Assembly: GCA_963812605.1 (NCBI GenBank) | Contig: CAWEWF010000014.1 | Location: forward strand, 416,001 to 480,000 | DNA: 64,000 nucleotides | Direction: 5' to 3' | Source: an uncultured Verrucomicrobiae bacterium | Lineage (GTDB): Bacteria > Verrucomicrobiota > Verrucomicrobiia > Palsa-1439 | The notes under the pieces: generated by a model | The model's input: the letters and a program-made list of their open reading frames with translations, nothing else | Databases searched by the model: none | Told to the model about the DNA's origin: nothing | Shown here: positions 1 to 10,679 of the stretch, piece after piece | Layout: each line of letters begins with the position of its first letter | Numbering within the stretch: position 1 is the first letter of the stretch | Program-made: the position numbers and the translations under genes

Positions 1-440
1 TGTTTCTCGCAGTCCTCCGCATAACCCGTCAAAACATCCGCATACTGGGATTCATGGACCAGAAGGGGAAGGCAGCTCAAACCAATCTGTAGATCGAAGT
101 CCGTGTAAATCAGGAAACCATTCTGCGCCGCTGACAGCCCGGCGCGCAACGCACCCCCAAATCGCTCGTTGCGCGGAAGTCTGACCAGGCGAATGCGCGG
201 GTCGCGAGCGGTCCATTTCTGGACAAGTGCGGCGGAATCGTCCGTACTGGCGTCGTCCGCGACGACAATTTCAAAGTCGGTGAAGTTCTGCTCGAGAATT
301 TGGAGGGCAGTCGTGAGCGTCTGATCCACGCACAGCGCTTCGTTGAACATCGGCAGAACCAGCGAGACCGACGTGCGCGATTTAACGCCAAGCGGTTGGA
401 CATTCGCTGGCTCAAACTGTCGGGTTCCCGGCCGTTTCAT
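1..440 (-). CDS. Glycosyltransferase family 2 (runs off window edge)
   Basis: Manual translation from ATG 440: MKRPG...VSLVLPMFNE...FEIVVADDASTD...GGALRAG...IYTDFD, GT2 motifs. No stop before the edge. Start could be 485. Confidence 0.85.
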   Translation of the reverse strand, partial: MKRPGTRQFEPANVQPLGVKSRTSVSLVLPMFNEALCVDQTLTTALQILEQNFTDFEIVVADDASTDDSAALVQKWTARDPRIRLVRLPRNERFGGALRAGLSAAQNGFLIYTDFDLQIGLSCLPLLVHESQYADVLTGYAEDCEK

Positions 441-689
441 TTCGACCGTCGAAATCACTTTGCTCGATGTGGTTCCGTTATGCATGTGCGGGTTCAGGCT
501 GGGCGCTTCCGCTCCTTGAGCGGATTAATACGCACGCTGGCACAAACAGACGAACAAAAACCCCCTCCTTAGTTGGCGAAAGTAAACAACTCTTGATTAC
601 GGGCGCATTACAGCATAATTACCGCTACGAAGCAACACCTCACATCGCCTGTCAACCGGAATTCGAAATAGTGACCGCTCCCTAAAAGC

Positions 690-718
690 TAGACGCCCGA
701 AGTGCGAATCGTTACATT
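690..718 (+). promoter_or_regulatory. Putative sigma70 promoter of pheT
   Basis: TAGACG-17nt-TACATT, 11 nt before the ATG at 730. Confidence 0.5.
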
Positions 719-729
719 GGCGGGCTGAG

Positions 730-3012
730 ATGAAATTCACCTACAACTGGCTGAAGCAGTACGTCGAGTTTGCCTGGTCGCCGACCGAGTTGGCGGAAAG
801 GCTGACATTTGCGGGGATTGAAGTCGAGGAAGTTGTGACCATTGGCGGAGGGGCGTTGCAGGAGGTCGTTGTCTGCCAGATTCTCTCCAGCGAGAAGCAT
901 GCGAACGCCGACAAACTCTCCGTGTGTCGCGTCAGCGACGGCCAGGGGGAACGCCAGATTGTTTGCGGCGCGAAGAACTACAAGGTGGGTGACAAAGTGC
1001 CGCTTGCCCTGCCCGGAGTGACCTTGCCCAACGGCATGACGATCAAAGAAGCGAAACTGCGCGGCATTGAGTCACAAGGCATGCTGTGCTCGGCGGAGGA
1101 GTTGGGCTTGCCGAAGGGTGAAGACGGTTTGTTAATCCTGCCGGCCGAGACGGCCGTGGGGATAAAGCTCAGCGATGCGCTGGGCGGCGCCGATACGGTG
1201 TTTGACATCGAGGTTACGCCAAACCGCCCCGACTGGCTGAGCGTCATCGGGATCGCGCGCGAGATTTCCGCGCTCACCGGCAACCCGCTCAAGCTGCCAG
1301 AGGTCGTCGTTCCCGAAGCTGGTGGACCAGTCGAAAAGCTCACCTCGGTGACGGTCGAAGCGCCCGATTTATGTCCGCGTTACACGGCACGGGTGATCCA
1401 GGGCGTGAAAATCGGGCGGAGCCCGCCGTGGCTGAAACAAATCCTGGAGAAAGTCGGTCTGCGTTCGGTGAACAACGTCGTCGACGTGACGAACTACGTC
1501 CTGCTCGAATGCGGTCACCCGCTGCATGCATTTGATCACAAATTGCTGGGAGAGCAGCGCATCGTCGTGCGTCGTGCGTCCAAGGGCGAGCGGTTCGTGG
1601 CCATCGATGGGACCCAGCACGAGCTGGCTCCCGACATGCTGGTGATTGCCGACGCCAAACGGGCCGTGGCGCTGGCCGGGATCATGGGCGGCAAAGAGAG
1701 CGAAATCAATGACCAGACGACCGATGTGTTATTGGAGAGCGCGTGGTTCCTGCCGTCGAGCATCCGCAAAACGTCCCGGCAATGCGGTTTGTCCAGCGAT
1801 TCGAGCTATCGCTTTGAACGCGGCGCCGACATCGGGCAGGTGATCTGGGCAAGTAATCGTGCCGCGCAGTTGATCCAGCAACTGGCCGGCGGACAAATCG
1901 CGCGCGGAATCATCGACACTTTGGCGAAGCCGATCGAAAAACGGCGTGTGCGCTGTCGCTACGCGCAGGTGAATCGCCTGCTGGGAATTGAAGTGCCATC
2001 GGAGACGGTGAAAAAGATTTTCGCAGGGTTGTCATTGAATGTTGTCGCCTCAGACGCAAATGGCTGCGAAGTCGAAGTGCCCACGTTCCGAGTGGACCTG
2101 GAACGTGAAGCAGATTTGATCGAGGAAGTGTGCCGCATTCACGGCGTGGAAAAGATCCCCGCCAAAATGCAACCGGCCACCGCCGCCGTGTCAAGATTCG
2201 ATGCGCAATGGAATGCGCGTGCGCGGGTGCGGCAGATTCTGGCCGCGCTGGGGTTTCACGAGGCGCAGAACCAGACGCTGGGCGAGCAGGGCCATCTGAA
2301 ACTGCAGAATCCCTTGAATGCCGATCAACAGGCGCTACGCTCGTCGCTCGTGCCGGGGTTGCTGGCGAACTTGCGAACGAACGTGTCGCGGCACGAGTAC
2401 GACGTGAGGCTTTTCGAAATCGGACGGGTGTTCGCCGCGGATGGCAAGGAATCCTTGCGGCTGGCCCTGGCGGTGACGGGACGGCGCGAACCTCAGTCCT
2501 GGGAGACGGGCGTGCGGGACGCGAAACTGGATTATTACGATGTGAAGGGAGCGTTGGAGGAACTGGAGGGGACGCTCGGCGTTTCGGTCAACGCCGAGAT
2601 CAAGCAAATCTCACCTGCCCAGGCAAAAAAACTCGATCTTCGCGACGCGGTACACGTGGCGGAAATCGAGTTGGATCATCTCCTGGCAACGAAAGAAGGC
2701 GAGCGAACCTTTCACGACCTCCCGAAGTTCCCGGCAGTAGTGCGGGACATGGCGTTGGTCGTCGAGGAGGGCGTCCAACATGGTGACGTTGCCGCGGCGA
2801 TTGCGAAAAATCCAAATAAATTCTTGGAACGGGTCGAACTTTTTGATATTTATCGGGGGAGTTCAATACCAACGGGCAAGAAATCAATGGCGTACTCGTT
2901 GACGTTTCGTGCGCCGGATAGAACGCTGACCGACGCCGAGATCAACGGGGCGCACGAGCAGTTGAAGCGTTCATTATTGCAGACATTGAAGTGTGAGATT
3001 CGCGAGAGTTGA
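730..3012 (+). CDS. pheT: Phenylalanine--tRNA ligase beta subunit
   Basis: [11 protein letters not shown] start, tRNA-binding domain (IVCGAKN, SQGMLCS), TPNRPD, B3/4 domain, DLIEEV, C-terminal FDX-ACB. Confidence 0.97.
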   Translation: MKFTYNWLKQYVEFAWSPTELAERLTFAGIEVEEVVTIGGGALQEVVVCQILSSEKHANADKLSVCRVSDGQGERQIVCGAKNYKVGDKVPLALPGVTLPNGMTIKEAKLRGIESQGMLCSAEELGLPKGEDGLLILPAETAVGIKLSDALGGADTVFDIEVTPNRPDWLSVIGIAREISALTGNPLKLPEVVVPEAGGPVEKLTSVTVEAPDLCPRYTARVIQGVKIGRSPPWLKQILEKVGLRSVNNVVDVTNYVLLECGHPLHAFDHKLLGEQRIVVRRASKGERFVAIDGTQHELAPDMLVIADAKRAVALAGIMGGKESEINDQTTDVLLESAWFLPSSIRKTSRQCGLSSDSSYRFERGADIGQVIWASNRAAQLIQQLAGGQIARGIIDTLAKPIEKRRVRCRYAQVNRLLGIEVPSETVKKIFAGLSLNVVASDANGCEVEVPTFRVDLEREADLIEEVCRIHGVEKIPAKMQPATAAVSRFDAQWNARARVRQILAALGFHEAQNQTLGEQGHLKLQNPLNADQQALRSSLVPGLLANLRTNVSRHEYDVRLFEIGRVFAADGKESLRLALAVTGRREPQSWETGVRDAKLDYYDVKGALEELEGTLGVSVNAEIKQISPAQAKKLDLRDAVHVAEIELDHLLATKEGERTFHDLPKFPAVVRDMALVVEEGVQHGDVAAAIAKNPNKFLERVELFDIYRGSSIPTGKKSMAYSLTFRAPDRTLTDAEINGAHEQLKRSLLQTLKCEIRES

Positions 3013-3147
3013 TGTACATGTGCGGGGTTACCAGGCGACGATACATGATTGTGACTGGAAATTACTTGAAATCAATGCAGAACCAGATTACTAAAGGTTC
3101 GTGTGGGCGACAGTGGTCGCCGGTGTTCTTTGCCAAAGCAAGTTTTT

Positions 3148-3330
3148 CGAAATACCCTGCCATGTTCGTGATAAACGAGGATTCTTTGAGCCAATACCGT
3201 CATTGACGGAGCTCGGAGTTCGGTTGTGGACTGCATGCCTTCATTGGAAGCACGAAGCAGCCGACAGAGCCCCCTATTAGTTAGGGGTTCAAAAGATATC
3301 GTTTAAACGGCATTACGGCGGGGTATTTCG
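3148..3330 (+). ncRNA. ssrS: 6S RNA
   Basis: ~180-nt rod: CGAAATACCCTGCC pairs with GGCGGGGTATTTCG, AAACGA with TCGTTT, TCTTTGAGCC with GGTTCAAAAGA. Lies between pheT and the cyclo-ligase/rny block, the usual 6S context. Confidence 0.8.
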
Positions 3331-3420
3331 TTTTTGGCCCCTCCCGCGCGAGGCGTTCGGCTCCTGTCGGTCAACGTCACAGATTCCACACGGTTGCGAC
3401 GCCGGGTCAGATGGGTGACC

Positions 3421-4767
3421 ATGACCGAGAACCTATTCTCCAGCCAATCCGCGGAACCCGCCCCCACGGCAGGGGCGGCAGACCGCGCCAACGCGCCGCT
3501 GGCCACGCGGATGCGACCGCGGACCCTGGAAGACTTTGCTGGCCAGCGGCACATTCTCGGCGAAGGCAAACTGCTCTGGCGCGCCATCACCGCCGACCGC
3601 ATCAGTTCGATCATTCTTTACGGGCCGCCGGGCACGGGCAAGACCTCCCTCGCGCAAGTCATCGCCAACGCGACCAAGAGCAAGTTCGAGCGGCTCAGCG
3701 GCGTTGAGTCGAACGTGGCTGATATCCGCCGGGTCATCGCAACCGCCGCGAACCGGCTCGCCAACACCGGTCAACGGACGATCCTCTTTATCGACGAGAT
3801 TCACCGCTTTAACAAAGCGCAACAGGACATATTGCTGCCCGATGTCGAGAACGGCACGGTGCGGCTCATCGGCGCGACGACGCACAATCCGTTTTTTTAT
3901 GTGAACTCGCCGCTCGTTTCCCGCTCGCAGATTTTTCAGCTCAAACCCCTCACGCCCGCGGACATCAAGGAATTATTGAAACGCGCGCTTACCGACAAGG
4001 AACGCGGCTTGGGCGAGAGGAAGTTGAAGGTGGACGCCGAAGCCCTCGATTTCCTGGCGACGGCGAGTGATGGCGATGCGCGCAAAGCACTGAACTCGCT
4101 GGAAATCGGCGCGCTCACGACCCCATCGGGGCATATCACGAAGGCGATCGCCGAGGAATCGATCCAGAAGAAGGCCGTGGTGTACGACGGGGATGAGGAC
4201 GAGCATTACGACACCATCTCGGCGTTCATCAAGTCGATGCGGGGCAGCGATCCCGATGCGGCCTTGTACTGGCTCGCAAAGATGGTCGTCGCGGGTGAAG
4301 ACCCGCGATTTATCGCGCGGCGCATCACGATCCTGGCGGCGGAGGACATCGGTTTGGCCGACCCGCAGGCGTTGGTCCTGGCCGTCGCGGCGCATCACGC
4401 GGTGGAATTCATCGGCTGGCCGGAAGGCGAGTTGCCGCTGGCGGAAGCGACGGTATATTGCGCGACCGCGCCGAAGTCGAACGCCAGCGCCAAAGGGATC
4501 TGGAGCGCGAAGGCCGACGTGGAAGAGGGACGCACGCTTCCTGTGCCCGAGCACCTCAAGGACACGCACTACAAGGGCGCCGAGCGGCTCGGTCACGGCA
4601 AGGGATACAAGTACGCGCATGATTTCGAGGGGCATGTTGTCGAACAAGAACACCTGCCCGAGCATCGCAAGTATTACGAGCCGAGTGACCAGGGATTTGA
4701 GGTCAAGGTGCGCGAGCGGATGGAGAAATGGAAGCAGCTTCTCAAGCAGCACGGAGGCCGCGAATGA
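3421..4767 (+). CDS. rarA: Replication-associated recombination protein A (AAA+ ATPase)
   Basis: PLATRMRP, Walker A GPPGTGKT, FIDEIHRFNKAQQD, SAFIKSMRGSDPDAA. Confidence 0.95.
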   Translation: MTENLFSSQSAEPAPTAGAADRANAPLATRMRPRTLEDFAGQRHILGEGKLLWRAITADRISSIILYGPPGTGKTSLAQVIANATKSKFERLSGVESNVADIRRVIATAANRLANTGQRTILFIDEIHRFNKAQQDILLPDVENGTVRLIGATTHNPFFYVNSPLVSRSQIFQLKPLTPADIKELLKRALTDKERGLGERKLKVDAEALDFLATASDGDARKALNSLEIGALTTPSGHITKAIAEESIQKKAVVYDGDEDEHYDTISAFIKSMRGSDPDAALYWLAKMVVAGEDPRFIARRITILAAEDIGLADPQALVLAVAAHHAVEFIGWPEGELPLAEATVYCATAPKSNASAKGIWSAKADVEEGRTLPVPEHLKDTHYKGAERLGHGKGYKYAHDFEGHVVEQEHLPEHRKYYEPSDQGFEVKVRERMEKWKQLLKQHGGRE

Positions 4768-5355
4768 CGCTGGCGGCGACGAAGGAAGAACTGCGCCGGC
4801 AAATGCGGGCTCGCCTGGCCGTGCTGGGCGCCAGCGAGGTGCGGGTCAAGCAGCGCCGCCATTTGGGAGCGATTGTCCGTACTGGATGAGTTCGCCAGGG
4901 CAACGCGGTCGTTGATCTACATCTCGAAAGCAACGGAAGTGGACACACGCGGGCTGATCCAGCAGCTACTGGCGATGGGCCGGCAAGTATGTGTTCCGTG
5001 GTATGACGGAGCGAAGGAACGGTACGTCGCCTCCGAACTGCGCGACTTTGCGCTGGACCTGATGACCGGACAATTTGGAATTCTGGAACCCAGACCCGAG
5101 GCGGTAAGACCCCTTGGCGGCGATCAAATCGACGCCGCGTTGGTGCCGGGGTTGGCGTTCGACGAAGCAGGAAATCGATTGGGTCGCGGGAGAGGGTATT
5201 TCGACCGCCTTCTGCGAGACGTGCGTGGGGTGAAGATTGCCCTGGTGTACGATTTTCAGGTATTGAGCGAGGTCCCGACCGAGGCGCATGACGCCCGCGT
5301 GGACTTGATTGTGACGGAAAAAAGAGTGATTAAAATCAGGGGTAACCCAAAATGA
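4764..5355 (+). CDS. 5-formyltetrahydrofolate cyclo-ligase (apparent frameshift ~4850)
   Basis: KEELRRQMR N-terminus from ATG 4764, then in another frame FGILEP and VPGLAFDEAGNRLGRGRGYFDR. Confidence 0.9.
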
Positions 5356-6896
5356 TTGCAACCATCATCGGTTTCGTCGTTGCCTTGGTTGCGGGCCTTG
5401 CGATTGGCTGGTTCCTGAGCCGGGCGAAGACGCAAGCGGACACCAAGGCGGCCGGCGGGATTCTCGAAGCGGCACGGAAGGAAGTGGAAGACATGCTTCG
5501 TGACGCGCGGGCCAAAGCCCAGGATGAAGCCTTCAAGACACGCGAGCAGTTCGACCGCGAAACCAAGGATCGACGACAGGAACTGGGCGAGATGGAGAAA
5601 CGCGTCATGCAGCGCGAGTCGAACCTGGATCGCAAGGTCGATCTCCTTGACCGGAAAACCGAGGAAGTCACCAAAAAGGAAGCGCTCGTTGTCGATCGCG
5701 AAAAGGAACTTCACAAGATCCAGGGGGAAATTGATGAATTGAAGCGGCTGACCCAACAGGAACTGCAGCGCGTGGCGGGCCTGAGCGCCGTGGAGGCCAA
5801 GCGAGTGCTACTCGCGCAATTGCAGGAAGACGTTCACGCGGAAGCCGCCGCGATGACCCGGCGCATCCTGGAAGAGGCCAAGCTGCAGGCCGAACGCGAG
5901 GCCAAGCAGACCATTACCATCGCGATTGAGCGTTGCGCGTCCAATCACGTACAGACGGTCACGAGTTGCACCGTCACGCTCCCGAGCGAAGAGATGAAGG
6001 GGCGCATCATTGGACGCGAAGGCCGCAACATCCGCGCGTTCGAGTCGGCCACGGGAATCAACGTGCTCATCGATGATACGCCGCAAGCCGTCGTACTCAG
6101 CGGTTTTGACCCGGTGCGCCGCGAACTGGCCCGGCAGACCCTGGAGCGGCTGGTCCTGGATGGACGCATCAATCCCGCGCGAATCGAGGAGGAAGTGGCA
6201 AAGGTCAGCGAGGAATTGGAAACACTGATTCACAAGGCGGGCGAGGATGCGGTGCTGCGCGTCGGGCTGCAGAAAGTACATCCCGAGGTGATGAAGCTTC
6301 TCGGACGGCTCAAGTTCCGCCACAGCTTCGCGCAAAACGTGCTCGATCACTCGGTCGAAGTTGCCGGGATCGAAGGCATGCTGGCCGCAGAGCTGGGTTT
6401 GAACCAGCAGATCGCCAAACGGGTCGGCCTGTTCCATGATATCGGCAAGGCAGTCGATCACGAAGTCGAGGGCTCCCATGCCGCGATTGGCGCGGAATTC
6501 CTCAAGAAGTACGGGGAACCGGAAGAAGTGTGGCAAGGCGTGGCTTGCCATCACCATGAAGTGGAGCCGCTCACGACGTACGGTGTTCTCGCGAGCGCCG
6601 CCGACGCGATCAGCGCGTCGCGTCCCGGCGCGCGGAGCGAAAGCATGGAACTGTACCTGCAACGGCTGGAGAAACTGGAGGCCGTGGCGAACGCCTTTCC
6701 CGGTGTGGACAAAAGTTACGCACTACAGGCCGGGCGCGAGATCCGTGTGTTTGTACAGCCCAACAGCGTCACGGACGATGAAGCCATGCAGTTAGCACGC
6801 AACATCAGCAAGAAAATCGAGCAGGAATTGCAGTACCCGGGTCAAATCAAGGTCATTGTCGTGCGCGAAATGCGCGCGGTGGAGTACGCCAAGTGA
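5352..6896 (+). CDS. rny: Ribonuclease Y
   Basis: N-terminal TM helix, coiled coil, KH domain (MKGRIIGREGRNIR), HD domain (FHDIGK), QAGREIRV. Confidence 0.97.
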   Translation: MIATIIGFVVALVAGLAIGWFLSRAKTQADTKAAGGILEAARKEVEDMLRDARAKAQDEAFKTREQFDRETKDRRQELGEMEKRVMQRESNLDRKVDLLDRKTEEVTKKEALVVDREKELHKIQGEIDELKRLTQQELQRVAGLSAVEAKRVLLAQLQEDVHAEAAAMTRRILEEAKLQAEREAKQTITIAIERCASNHVQTVTSCTVTLPSEEMKGRIIGREGRNIRAFESATGINVLIDDTPQAVVLSGFDPVRRELARQTLERLVLDGRINPARIEEEVAKVSEELETLIHKAGEDAVLRVGLQKVHPEVMKLLGRLKFRHSFAQNVLDHSVEVAGIEGMLAAELGLNQQIAKRVGLFHDIGKAVDHEVEGSHAAIGAEFLKKYGEPEEVWQGVACHHHEVEPLTTYGVLASAADAISASRPGARSESMELYLQRLEKLEAVANAFPGVDKSYALQAGREIRVFVQPNSVTDDEAMQLARNISKKIEQELQYPGQIKVIVVREMRAVEYAK

Positions 6897-7685
6897 GGAT
6901 TCTTTTCATTGGCGATGTCGTCGGCAAACCCGGCCGACGAGCGGTCGCAACGCTCGTGCCGCGGCTGCAGGAGGAGCGGAACATCGATTTCATAATCGCC
7001 AACGGCGAAAACAGCGCGCATGGCGCGGGTCTCACGGCGTCGACCGTGGATGCGCTGCTGGCCAGCGGCGTGGAAGTGATCACGTCGGGCGACCACGTGT
7101 GGGACCAGAAGGAAGTCTACGAGGTCATTGACCGCGAGCCGCGCCTGCTGCGCCCGCTCAATTTTCCCGCATCGGTTCCCGGGCGGGGGTCGACCGTGGT
7201 GCAACGAGAGGGTCTGCCATCGGTCGGCGTGATCAATCTTATCGGTCGCGTGTTTATGCCGAATACCGATTGCCCATTTCGCGCGGCTGAGATGGAAGTC
7301 GCGCGTCTGCGGCAACAGACGAAGATCATTCTCGTGGACTTGCACGCGGAGGCCACGAGTGAGAAGATTGCGATGGGCAGGTTTTTGGATGGCAAGGTGA
7401 GCGCCGTGGTGGGGACCCATACGCATGTTGCCACCGCCGACGAGCGGATTCTGCCGAAAGGCACGGCCTATATTTCGGACGTCGGCATGTGCGGTCCCCA
7501 TGACTCGGTACTGGGGCGGGACGTTCGATGCGGTGCTGCGCCGATTCCTGACCCAGTTGCCGCAGAAGATGGAGGTTGCGGAAGGCGACGTCATCCTGTG
7601 CGGCGTGATCGTCGAGGTGGACGAGAACTCCGGCCACGCTCGGTCGATTGAGCGAATTCGGGTGCCGTGCGACAAGGAAAAATGA
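6893..7685 (+). CDS. ymdB: YmdB-like metallophosphoesterase (apparent frameshift ~7525)
   Basis: IGDVVGKPG, NGEN, GDHVWD, HAEATSEK, GTHTHV. C-terminus continues in ORF 7425..7685. Confidence 0.92.
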
Positions 7686-7689
7686 AGAC

Positions 7690-8913
7690 ATGATTATTCG
7701 CGCTCGCTACATACTACCGATGGACCAACCGCCGATTGAAGACGGCGCGGTGGTGGTGGACGGCGGCAAGATTGCAGCCGTTGGCAAGACTTCGGACATT
7801 CGTGCGGCGCACACCGGCGACATCCGTGACCTGGGCGAACGCGTGCTTGCGCCCGGCCTGATCAATGCCCATTGCCATCTCGATTACACCCGGCTGCGCG
7901 GCGAGGTCGAATGGCGCGGCAGCTTCACCGGATGGATCCTGCAATTGGTCGCGGCGAAACAATTGCACCCGGAGAAGGAATTTGTCGGGGCCATTCCACG
8001 CGGGCTCGAGATGTTGGCGCGGTCCGGGACAACAACGGTGGTGAATATCGAGTCGTTTCCCCGGTTGATCGACCAGGTCCCGCCAACGAAGTTGCGGGTG
8101 TGGTGGTGCCTCGAACTCATTGACCTCAACCGGACGGACGAGGCCAAAGCCGTGGCGGACGGCGCGCTGGAATTCATCGCCGCGCACCCGGACGTGCGCG
8201 AGGGCTTCGGGCTTTCGCCGCACGCCCCGTACACGGCGAGTGGGGAGCTGTACCGGTTGTCCGCACAGTACGCGCGCGGTCGGAATATTCCCCTGACGAC
8301 GCATGTTGCGGAATCGGAGGAAGAGGATGAGATGATTCGACGGGGTACGGGACAAATGTACGATTACTTTCTGCGCGCCGGTCGCGACATGAGCGACTGC
8401 AAACGGGCCGGACCGGTTCAATTGTTGTCCGAGTATGGTGTGCTGGGGCCAGGCTGTATCGCGGCGCATGCGAATTGTCTCACGCCATTGGACATTACGC
8501 TGCTCCGACAGACCGGCACGCATGTGGTGCACTGCCCGAAGACGCATCGGTTCTTTCATCGCGATATGCCCTTTTTCCAGATCATGAAGGACCAGGGGAT
8601 CAATGTCTGCCTGGGCACGGACAGTCTGGCGAGCAACGATTCCCTGAATATGCTGGAGGAAATGCAGCAGATGGCGCAGGTCTTCCCGCGCCTGTCGTCG
8701 CAGGAGTTGTTGGAACTGGCGACGGTGAACGCGGCGAAAGCGTTGAACCAGGTCGGGAAACTGGGGAGGATCACGCCGGGTGCGTGGGCGGATTTGATCG
8801 CGGCGCCATTGGAGGGAGCGGGCGGCGATCCGTATGAGGCGATTGTGTTCGCAAACAAAGCGGTGAGCTTTTCAATGGTGGGGGGAGAGGTGCTTTTCGA
8901 TGAAACCAAATAG
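7690..8913 (+). CDS. Metal-dependent amidohydrolase (MTA/SAH or aminodeoxyfutalosine deaminase-like)
   Basis: PGLINAHCHLD, PHAPYT, HVAES, LGTDSLASN. Substrate cannot be determined from sequence. Confidence 0.85.
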   Translation: MIIRARYILPMDQPPIEDGAVVVDGGKIAAVGKTSDIRAAHTGDIRDLGERVLAPGLINAHCHLDYTRLRGEVEWRGSFTGWILQLVAAKQLHPEKEFVGAIPRGLEMLARSGTTTVVNIESFPRLIDQVPPTKLRVWWCLELIDLNRTDEAKAVADGALEFIAAHPDVREGFGLSPHAPYTASGELYRLSAQYARGRNIPLTTHVAESEEEDEMIRRGTGQMYDYFLRAGRDMSDCKRAGPVQLLSEYGVLGPGCIAAHANCLTPLDITLLRQTGTHVVHCPKTHRFFHRDMPFFQIMKDQGINVCLGTDSLASNDSLNMLEEMQQMAQVFPRLSSQELLELATVNAAKALNQVGKLGRITPGAWADLIAAPLEGAGGDPYEAIVFANKAVSFSMVGGEVLFDETK

Positions 8914-9529
8914 TGTGCGGGGTTGGTGCTGTGGCGGACTGGTGACGGCGATCTGTTTCGTGGGAAGCGGCACGCGGGTGTCCGGGCAGACAGCGCCAAC
9001 GACAGCCAATGCGGCAAAACTCAGCGATGAACAAATGGGAGAGATGTTGCAGGGTGCAATCCTGCTGGCGCGGATGGGGCTGTACGACGAAGCCGAGCAG
9101 CAATGCAACAAAATCCTGGCCCAGGACCCGAAGCAGCCGATGGTCAAACAGTTATTGGACGAGATCCAGGAAAAAAAGCGCCAGCAAGATTCCTCCTCGG
9201 ACTTGCGGCACAAGCTGGATGACACGGTGATCCGTGAGTTGAACGTGCGCGATGCGCCCGTGACGGATGTCATCGAGTTTCTGCGAACGGAGAGCGAAAA
9301 GGCTTCGACGGACAAGACCCCGGTCAACATTGTGTGGCAAGCTCCCGAGTCGTCGAAGGCCGCGAAGGTCACCTTGAATCTGCACAACATCCCGTTCGCC
9401 GACGTATTGAAGTACGTGACCGAGAGTGCGGGGCTCCGTTACCGCACCGACTCGCACGCCATTGTCATCTACAAACCGTTGCCGACCGCGCCGAAAGACT
9501 CCGCGCCTGCGAATGTCAAACCTGAATGA
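8900..9529 (+). CDS. Exported protein with TPR-like helices and STN-like domain
   Basis: Signal-like N-terminus, YDEAEQQCNKILAQDP, KVTLNLHNIPFADVLKYVTESAGLRY. Confidence 0.65.
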   Translation: MKPNSVRGWCCGGLVTAICFVGSGTRVSGQTAPTTANAAKLSDEQMGEMLQGAILLARMGLYDEAEQQCNKILAQDPKQPMVKQLLDEIQEKKRQQDSSSDLRHKLDDTVIRELNVRDAPVTDVIEFLRTESEKASTDKTPVNIVWQAPESSKAAKVTLNLHNIPFADVLKYVTESAGLRYRTDSHAIVIYKPLPTAPKDSAPANVKPE

Positions 9530-10679
9530 CCAACTCGGCGCTGAACTCGACAAGTCTCGTGCGGAGGGCCTCTACCGGAGCCTGCGGACGATCACCTCCG
9601 CGCAAGGTCCGCGCATTGTGCTCGACGGCCGCGAACTGCTCAACTTCTCCAGCAACGATTACCTCGGACTGGCGAACGATCCCGCGTTGAAACGGGCTGC
9701 GGTGGCGGCGATTGAAAAGTACGGGGTCGGCGCGGGCGCCTCGCGCCTTGTCTGTGGCAACCTGCAACCATACGAAGACCTGGAGCGCAAACTCGCCGCG
9801 TTCAAGGCCCGGGAAGCGGCGATTGTTTTTAGCAGCGGTTATGCAGCCAATATCGGCGCCATCGCCGCGCTGGTTGGCGAAGGTGACATGGTCATCCTGG
9901 ACAAACTCAACCACGCCAGCATTATCGATGGCGCGCGGCAGAGCGGTGCGACGATTCGCGTGTATCCGCACAAGAATCTCGCGAAACTGGAAGCCATCCT
10001 GCAGCAGGGCGACGCGATTCGCCGCAAGCTGATCGTGACCGAGACGGTGTTCTCGATGGACGGCGATCTTGCGCCATTGGCTGAAATCGTTGCCTTGAAA
10101 GAGAAATACGGCGCGTGGTTGATGATCGATGAAGCGCATGCGACGGGATTATACGCCAGTAATCGTCGGGGCATCGCGGAAGCCGTCGGCGTCGAGGACC
10201 GGGTCGACATCATGCTTGGCACGCTCAGCAAGGCGCTTGGTTGCGCTGGAGGCTTTGTGGTGGGTTCGCAGGTGCTCATCGACTTTTTACGGAATCGCGC
10301 GCGCAGCCTGATCTACTCGACGGCGTTGCCGCCGTCGGTGTGCGCAGCGGCGGCGGCGGCGGTTGATTTCGTGATGAGCGAGGACGGCCACCAGCGCCGT
10401 GATCAGCTCTGGCGGAACGTGAGCGCCATGAAGAACGGCTTGTCGGCGGCCGGTATGGCGAATGAGTCGCGCAGCCCGATCATCCCGATCATTATCGGCG
10501 AAGAAGGCGCGGCGGTCGAAATCTCACGCCAGTTACAAGAGCGCGGTATTTTTGTTCCTGCAATCCGCTTCCCGACCGTGCCCAAGGGCAAAGCGCGCTT
10601 GCGTGTGACCGTGACGGCGGCGCATCAACAGGCGGACATCGAACAGTTTTTGAAGGAGTTTGGTGACCTCGCTCGCTGA
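9513..10679 (+). CDS. bioF: 8-amino-7-oxononanoate synthase
   Basis: NFSSNDYLGL, HASIIDG, FSMDGD, DEAHA, GTLSKA, AIRFPTVP. Confidence 0.93.
   Translation: MSNLNDQLGAELDKSRAEGLYRSLRTITSAQGPRIVLDGRELLNFSSNDYLGLANDPALKRAAVAAIEKYGVGAGASRLVCGNLQPYEDLERKLAAFKAREAAIVFSSGYAANIGAIAALVGEGDMVILDKLNHASIIDGARQSGATIRVYPHKNLAKLEAILQQGDAIRRKLIVTETVFSMDGDLAPLAEIVALKEKYGAWLMIDEAHATGLYASNRRGIAEAVGVEDRVDIMLGTLSKALGCAGGFVVGSQVLIDFLRNRARSLIYSTALPPSVCAAAAAAVDFVMSEDGHQRRDQLWRNVSAMKNGLSAAGMANESRSPIIPIIIGEEGAAVEISRQLQERGIFVPAIRFPTVPKGKARLRVTVTAAHQQADIEQFLKEFGDLAR

Noticed and set aside
3009-3206. 65-aa ORF after pheT
   Set aside because: Overlaps the predicted 6S RNA and has no zapA-like features
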